Shown here: positions 27,456 to 32,000 of the stretch, piece by piece
Numbering within the stretch: the stretch's first letter is position 1
Layout: each line of letters opens with the position of its first letter
Assembly (NCBI RefSeq): GCF_009557235.1
Contig: NZ_CP045650.1
Span: 1,620,001 to 1,652,000, forward strand
DNA from: Acinetobacter wanghuae
GTDB lineage: Bacteria > Pseudomonadota > Gammaproteobacteria > Pseudomonadales > Moraxellaceae
Reading direction: 5' to 3'
DNA length: 32,000 bases
Position numbers and translations under genes: made by a program
The notes under the pieces: model-generated
What the model saw: the letters and a program-made list of their open reading frames with translations, nothing else
Told to the model about the DNA's origin: nothing
The model's database searches: none

Positions 27456-27971
27456 TTAACGATTGTTTTCATCGTCTTGTGAATCTTCAAATTTTGCATC
27501 GCCATCAAAGCCAGCGCCTTGACCACCGAAGCCAGCGCCTTGACCGCCGAAGCCGCCTTGACCGCCGAAGCCGCCTTGACCGCCGAAGCCACCTTGACCG
27601 CCGAAGCCACCTTGGCTACCGAAGCCACCTTGACCACCGAAGCCGCCTGGTTGACCGCCGAAGCCGCCAGCAGGTTGACCACCGAAGCCAGCAGGTTGAC
27701 CGCCGAAGCCAGCAGGTTGACCACCGAAGCCCGCGCCTTGAGGACCAGCAGGTGCGCCAGCAGGACGTGGGTTACGTGCAGGAACTACTGTAGAAATTGC
27801 ATGTTTGTAAACCATTTGGCTTACTGTATTTTTTAATAGAACAACGTATTGGTCAAATGATTCAATGTGACCTTGTAATTTAATACCGTTAACGAGGAAG
27901 ATAGAAACAGGAATACGTTCCTTACGGAGAGAATTCAAGAACGGATCTTGTAAAGTTTGACCTTTAGACAT
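27456..27971 (-). CDS. hfq: RNA chaperone Hfq with an extended glycine-rich C-terminal domain
   Basis: The N-terminal 66 aa form a canonical Sm1/Sm2 core ([41 protein letters not shown]...YKHAISTV). About 85 aa of GGFGGQ / GFGGQPA repeats and an acidic tail follow. GGAG SD is present. Confidence 0.97.
   Translation of the reverse strand: MSKGQTLQDPFLNSLRKERIPVSIFLVNGIKLQGHIESFDQYVVLLKNTVSQMVYKHAISTVVPARNPRPAGAPAGPQGAGFGGQPAGFGGQPAGFGGQPAGGFGGQPGGFGGQGGFGSQGGFGGQGGFGGQGGFGGQGGFGGQGAGFGGQGAGFDGDAKFEDSQDDENNR
27508..27726 (-). repeat. Eleven contiguous imperfect tandem units of 18, 21 or 24 bp inside hfq, encoding the GGFGGQ-type repeats
   Basis: Each unit begins aagcc on the plus strand. Unit lengths are 21, 21, 18, 18, 18, 18, 18, 21, 24, 21, 21, totalling 219 bp, and every length is a multiple of 3. 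The block is locally GC-rich relative to the rest of the window. Confidence 0.9.
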
Positions 27972-28003
27972 GTTATAACTCCAAAAAATTTAAAAATTCA
28001 GCG

Positions 28004-28049
28004 CAAAAACTACCTTTATTTTTCAATTAAAAATTATCAAAAAGGTAGT
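28004..28049 (-). terminator. Possible attenuator/terminator between miaA and hfq
   Basis: A 9-bp perfect stem actaccttt(28009-28017)/aaaggtagt(28041-28049) is followed on the minus transcript by UUUUU. The 23-nt AT-rich loop lowers confidence. Confidence 0.35.
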
Positions 28050-28063
28050 CTCTAAATTTTGCT

Positions 28064-29008
28064 TTATCCGTGACAGTTTCGCAAGTCTTCTTGAGCCTGC
28101 TGGGCTGTTAAATATGTAGTAAATTTATGCTTTTCTTGCAATGATCTTAACCACGTATATTGACGTTTTGCAAGTTGTCGTGTTGCAAAGAGCGCCTTGT
28201 CCTGCATTTCTCGGTGCTTTTCACTACTTCTGTCACTATTTCTTAAGAAATCTATCGCTTGACGATAGCCAACTGAGCGCATTGCAGGCAAATTTTCATC
28301 GAAATCGTATTTATTCATCAAACACTCGACTTCATTTAAAAATCCGATATCCCACATAATTTCAAGTCGTTTTTCGATGCGCTGATGCAATTCTACACGA
28401 TCAGGCATTAAGGCATAATTATAAAAACTGTACCGATATGGTAAGTTTTTAGGCTGTTCAGCTTGAAGTTTTGTAATCGGTTGCCCAGTCAGTTGAAATA
28501 CCTCTAAAGCGCGAATAATACGTTGCTTATCGCTGACTTTAAATTTTGCGCCTGCGAGTGGATCGACTGCACATAATTCAGCATAAACTGCCTCCCAGCC
28601 TTCACGTTCAGCTTTGGCTTCAATCTCAGCACGAACGGTATAATCTGCACTCGGTAAGTTATCCGACAATCCTTCCAATAATGCTTTGAAATATAACATC
28701 GTACCACCCACTAAAATGGGGGTTTTACCACGTGCATGAATCTCATCAACGAGATGGGTTGCATCTTCAACGAAATTTGCTGCGGAATACACTTCAAGCG
28801 GACTGATAATATCAATCAGATGATGCGGATAGCGCTCTAATTCAGCTTTAGAAGGTTTAGCCGTACCAATATCCATTTCGCGATAAACCAAGGCAGAATC
28901 GACAGAAATCAATTCATAATTGCCCCGTTCATAGAGTTCGCATGCCAAAGCGGTTTTACCACTTGCGGTGGGTCCCATTAAATTGATGACCGGCAATTGA
29001 TTTGACAT
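28064..29008 (-). CDS. miaA: tRNA dimethylallyltransferase
   Basis: P-loop MGPTASGKT, with [16 protein letters not shown] and [10 protein letters not shown] motifs. Conserved mutL-miaA-hfq order. Confidence 0.95.
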   Translation of the reverse strand: MSNQLPVINLMGPTASGKTALACELYERGNYELISVDSALVYREMDIGTAKPSKAELERYPHHLIDIISPLEVYSAANFVEDATHLVDEIHARGKTPILVGGTMLYFKALLEGLSDNLPSADYTVRAEIEAKAEREGWEAVYAELCAVDPLAGAKFKVSDKQRIIRALEVFQLTGQPITKLQAEQPKNLPYRYSFYNYALMPDRVELHQRIEKRLEIMWDIGFLNEVECLMNKYDFDENLPAMRSVGYRQAIDFLRNSDRSSEKHREMQDKALFATRQLAKRQYTWLRSLQEKHKFTTYLTAQQAQEDLRNCHG

Positions 29009-29014
29009 GTAAGA

Positions 29015-30982
29015 CTACTCTCCTCGAGCAAAAAGTTTATCGAGTTGTGACAATGGAAAAGCGCGCCATGTTGGGCGACCATGATTACATTGACTGGCAA
29101 ATTCGGTTTGTTCCATCTGGCGTAATAAAGCATTCATTTCAGATAAACTTAAAATACGATGCGCCCGAACAGCACTATGACATGCCATACCTGCCAAAAT
29201 TTGATCGCGTTTTTGCAATAAGCCTTGCGCCTGATCATTCGGATCTAAATCATTTAAGAGTTCAGGCACTAATTTATCAAAATTGGCCTTATGTAAAATG
29301 GCAGGCACACCTCGCACAATGACCTGATCATCGCCATATTGGTCAATTTCAAGCCCTAAACGTGCCAATTGATCTTTTAAATCTTCGACACGCGTCGCTT
29401 GCATACGGGTAATATTCACGACTTTGGGAATGAGTAATTGCTGCGACATCCAGAACTCAGGTTTATCCCATGCAGATTTCATTTGTTGCAACACAATGCG
29501 TTCATGTGCAGCATGCATATCTACAATGATAAGTCCTTCGGTATTTTGCGCGAGAATATAAATCCCATGCAATTGCGCAATCGCGATCCCTAAAGGATGT
29601 TCATCGACTTTGGCTTGTAGATGAGATTGAAAAGATTGCTCAGTCGTTTGGATGTCAGATGAATTTTGACGTAGCGGTGCTAAATAACTTTGCAAGTCAT
29701 TATTGAGCTGCTGCGAACCTGCTGCGGAAGATACACGGGTATAGTCCTGTGCATAATGCACCGTTTGCGGCTGTGCAGATGCAAAATCTGTCAGCACATC
29801 AGAAGGTTCTATTTCAGTCGCCTGAGTAGCTGGTAAGGGCTGAGTAATTTGAGAATTTGCCGCTTGATGAAGATTAAATTGCTCTTGATAGCGCGGTTGG
29901 ACAACAGTTTCTGCAACAGCAGCTTGCTTCATGGCATCGGCTAAATCTGCTGAAGCGGTTTGGAACTGTGACAAAGTTTCTTTGGCAAAGTGGCGCACAA
30001 ACTCATGCACTTCACGCTGATTGAGAAAGCGAATTTCATGCTTGGTCGGATGCACATTGACATCAATATTTTCAGGATCAACTTCTAAAAACAGCAAATA
30101 AGCTGAATATTGATGCCCATGTAAAATGCCGTCATACGCCATACGTAGTGCATGTGAAATGGTTTTATCTTTGACAATGCGCCCATTCACGTACACATAT
30201 TGTAAGTCTGCTTGCGCACGAGCATCGGAGGGATGGCCAAGCCAGCCTGACAAACGCATATTGATACTATCTGAATCAATCCAATAGGCATTTTCAGTGA
30301 ACTGGCGACCAAGCAATTGCTGTACACGTTGGAAACGGAGCGCACCACTGTCTGCAACAGGCAAATTCAACTTCACACTGTCATTATGTTCAAGTACAAA
30401 ACGGATATCAAAATGGGTCAGTGCCAAACGGCGTACAATTTCTTCAATATGACCAAATTCTGTGCTTGGTTTTTTTAAAAATTTACGACGTGCAGGTACA
30501 TTAAAAAATAAATCCTGCACCCGAATTAAAGTGCCTTTTGAAGCCGCTACCGCTTGAATTTCTTGATGATCAAACGCTGTGCCATTCACTTCAACCTGAT
30601 AACCAATCCCTTCATCATCTTGACTGCTGACCATCGTTAAACGCGAAACCGCTGCAATGGATGCTAAAGCTTCACCGCGAAAACCGAGACTGGTAATGGC
30701 ATAGAGTTCTTCGGCTTTTTGGATTTTACTAGTTGCATGACGCATCACAGCCAAAGATAAATCTTCTGGATGAATACCGCGTCCGTTGTCCTTAATTTCA
30801 ATTAAGGTACTACCGCCCTGTTCAATTCGAATGATTAATTCAGTCGCACCGGCATCAATGGAGTTTTCAAGTAATTCCTTGACCACAGATGCGGGGCGTT
30901 CAATCACTTCACCTGCCGCGATTTGGTTCGCCAAGGCAGGATCAAGTGAACGAATACGGCGTACGCTTAAATCATCAGACAT
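29015..30982 (-). CDS. mutL: DNA mismatch repair protein MutL
   Basis: The N-terminal GHKL ATPase domain has the motifs LANQIAAGEVIERPASVVKELLENSIDAG, DNGRGI and GFRGEAL. A Q/S/T-rich linker and the C-terminal dimerisation domain follow. Confidence 0.95.
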   Translation of the reverse strand: MSDDLSVRRIRSLDPALANQIAAGEVIERPASVVKELLENSIDAGATELIIRIEQGGSTLIEIKDNGRGIHPEDLSLAVMRHATSKIQKAEELYAITSLGFRGEALASIAAVSRLTMVSSQDDEGIGYQVEVNGTAFDHQEIQAVAASKGTLIRVQDLFFNVPARRKFLKKPSTEFGHIEEIVRRLALTHFDIRFVLEHNDSVKLNLPVADSGALRFQRVQQLLGRQFTENAYWIDSDSINMRLSGWLGHPSDARAQADLQYVYVNGRIVKDKTISHALRMAYDGILHGHQYSAYLLFLEVDPENIDVNVHPTKHEIRFLNQREVHEFVRHFAKETLSQFQTASADLADAMKQAAVAETVVQPRYQEQFNLHQAANSQITQPLPATQATEIEPSDVLTDFASAQPQTVHYAQDYTRVSSAAGSQQLNNDLQSYLAPLRQNSSDIQTTEQSFQSHLQAKVDEHPLGIAIAQLHGIYILAQNTEGLIIVDMHAAHERIVLQQMKSAWDKPEFWMSQQLLIPKVVNITRMQATRVEDLKDQLARLGLEIDQYGDDQVIVRGVPAILHKANFDKLVPELLNDLDPNDQAQGLLQKRDQILAGMACHSAVRAHRILSLSEMNALLRQMEQTEFASQCNHGRPTWRAFPLSQLDKLFARGE

Positions 30983-30986
30983 GTGA

Positions 30987-31451
30987 TTATTGCTGCTCCA
31001 ATGCTTGTTTTAATGCTTCATTTGAAAATGTCAGTGTTGCTGAACGTGTCAGTTCATCTTCTGATTTTAAAATTTCAATAATCAAATCTGCTTGTGGAAT
31101 TTCTTCGCCACCTTTTGATGGCCATTCAAACAAAAACAGTGCATTCGGTGTTTCCAAATAATCCCGAATCCCCATCAGTTCCAGCTCATACGGATCATTT
31201 AAACGATACAAGTCAAAATGGAAGATCTCTTTACCTTGTAAGCTATAAGGCTCAACAATAGTATAGGTTGGACTTTTCACCGCACCTTGATGCCCCATTG
31301 CCTGTAGATAATAACGCGTGAGCGTGGTCTTTCCAGCACCTAAATCACCAATCAAATACACCACCCCATCGGTGAAATGATTTGCCAAAATTTTGGCAAG
31401 ATTTTGGGTATCATCTTCATTGTTTAATGTGACATTAAATGAATAAGACAT
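30987..31451 (-). CDS. tsaE: tRNA threonylcarbamoyladenosine biosynthesis protein TsaE (YjeE ATPase)
   Basis: P-loop GDLGAGKTT, followed by SPTYT and HFDLYRL motifs. I prefer ATG at 31451 (154 aa, the typical TsaE size) over the 196-aa ORF-track extension. Confidence 0.85.
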   Translation of the reverse strand: MSYSFNVTLNNEDDTQNLAKILANHFTDGVVYLIGDLGAGKTTLTRYYLQAMGHQGAVKSPTYTIVEPYSLQGKEIFHFDLYRLNDPYELELMGIRDYLETPNALFLFEWPSKGGEEIPQADLIIEILKSEDELTRSATLTFSNEALKQALEQQ

Positions 31452-31577
31452 ATGACTCACGACATGATGCAAAAGAATAAATATGATAGCATCGCAACGC
31501 CTGAAAAGCCTATTCTGATCCTTCAGAAAATGGTTTTTTTCAGCATATCTGTTTAAGCTTTGAGTGACCCATTCCAC

Positions 31578-32000
31578 ATGACATCACCGCATGAATTTGT
31601 ACCGCCTATGATCAATGGTGTCAGTGCAAGTAAAGTATTTTTAAAAGTCATTACGCCTGAACCTGCTACTGTGTTCGCCTACTTATGTAATGAGTTTCCA
31701 CATATTGCAATACAAGAATGGAAATCGCGTTTTGAAGATGGTTTGGTCTACGATGCATTGGGCAATCATTTAAGTTTAAGCAGTGCTTATCAAGCCAATA
31801 CACATTGTTTTTACTATCGATTCTTAGCACACGAAGTGCATGTACCGTTTGAGCATCACGTCATCTTTGAAAATAAGCATTTTATGGTAGTGGATAAGCC
31901 ACACTTTTTAACCATGAGCCCGACGGGACAATATGTTCAAGAAACACTATTGGTTCGATTAAAAAATCAAACGGGCAATCCCGACTTAACCCCGATTCAT
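31578..32000 (+). CDS. RluA-family pseudouridine synthase, 5' portion (continues beyond the window; absent from the ORF track)
   Basis: ATG at 31578 opens a frame with no stop through 32000 (141 codons). The translation ends ...FENKHFMVVDKPHFLTMSPTGQYVQETLLVRLKNQTGNPDLTPIH, the RluA-type VVDKP...L...H motif just before the catalytic HRLD. It is divergent from tsaE. Confidence 0.7.
   Translation, partial: MTSPHEFVPPMINGVSASKVFLKVITPEPATVFAYLCNEFPHIAIQEWKSRFEDGLVYDALGNHLSLSSAYQANTHCFYYRFLAHEVHVPFEHHVIFENKHFMVVDKPHFLTMSPTGQYVQETLLVRLKNQTGNPDLTPIH

Noticed and set aside
27508-27726. A regularly spaced short-repeat array that could superficially suggest a CRISPR or minisatellite locus
   Set aside because: The units are directly contiguous with no spacers, 18-24 bp long, all multiples of 3, and lie in frame inside hfq. 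No cas genes or leader are present. This is a coding tandem repeat, not a CRISPR.
27452-27836. Three additional ORFs (90, 104 and 105 aa) overlapping the hfq tail on both strands, translating to ASAVKVAS..., RRSRLDRRS... and [11 protein letters not shown]... repeats
   Set aside because: They are alternative-frame readings of the same 18-24-bp tandem repeat. They have no start context or SD, and the hfq frame is continuous with a canonical Sm core. They are artefacts of a low-complexity repeat.
31452-31577. A 42-codon N-terminal extension of tsaE in the ORF track (MEWVTQSLNRYAEK...)
   Set aside because: TsaE proteins are about 150-160 aa, and the internal ATG at 31451 gives 154 aa with the P-loop at the usual distance. 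The extension would consume the whole divergent promoter region up to the pseudouridine synthase ATG at 31578.
1-32000. A defence island, prophage, integrative element or other accessory system, as hinted in the task
   Set aside because: There is no integrase, transposase or recombinase, no tRNA attachment site, no flanking direct repeats, and no nuclease/helicase/ATPase genes of unknown function. Every sizeable ORF has a recognisable housekeeping identity, and intergenic gaps are at most 245 bp.

Overview
This window reads as conserved core chromosome of an Acinetobacter-type gammaproteobacterium (Moraxellaceae). The genus call rests on three observations: a 171-aa Hfq with a long GGFGGQ-repeat tail, an isolated gspH-I-J-K minor-pseudopilin operon, and roughly 40% GC judged by eye. 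Coding is dense, and about 31 of 35 genes lie on the minus strand. Recognised genes, in window order: a monooxygenase 3' fragment, lysO, pyrF, lapA, ihfB, rpsA, cmk, an SRPBCC gene, tadA, an enoyl-CoA hydratase/hydrolase gene, ung, a queD-like gene, gspK/J/I/H, a TetR regulator, tatD, pilZ, holB, kdsB, lpxK, msbA, exbD, exbB, parB, parA, rsmG, murU, amgK, lptD, surA, hfq, miaA, mutL, tsaE, and the 5' part of an RluA-family pseudouridine synthase that is missing from the ORF track. I found no integrase, transposase, tRNA/rRNA, CRISPR array, toxin-antitoxin pair or defence-like gene, so I cannot support a claim of a novel system here. The clearest anomaly is a 1-nt insertion that splits the essential rpsA gene into two ORFs. 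Secondary observations are: the in-frame 18/21/24-bp tandem repeats in the hfq tail; an orphan ExbB/ExbD pair coupled to msbA-lpxK-kdsB; a TetR gene abutting gspH; long pre-cleavage leaders on GspI and GspJ; lapA without lapB; and twin polypurine/polypyrimidine hairpins between lysO and pyrF. All homology calls come from motif recognition by eye, not from database searches.
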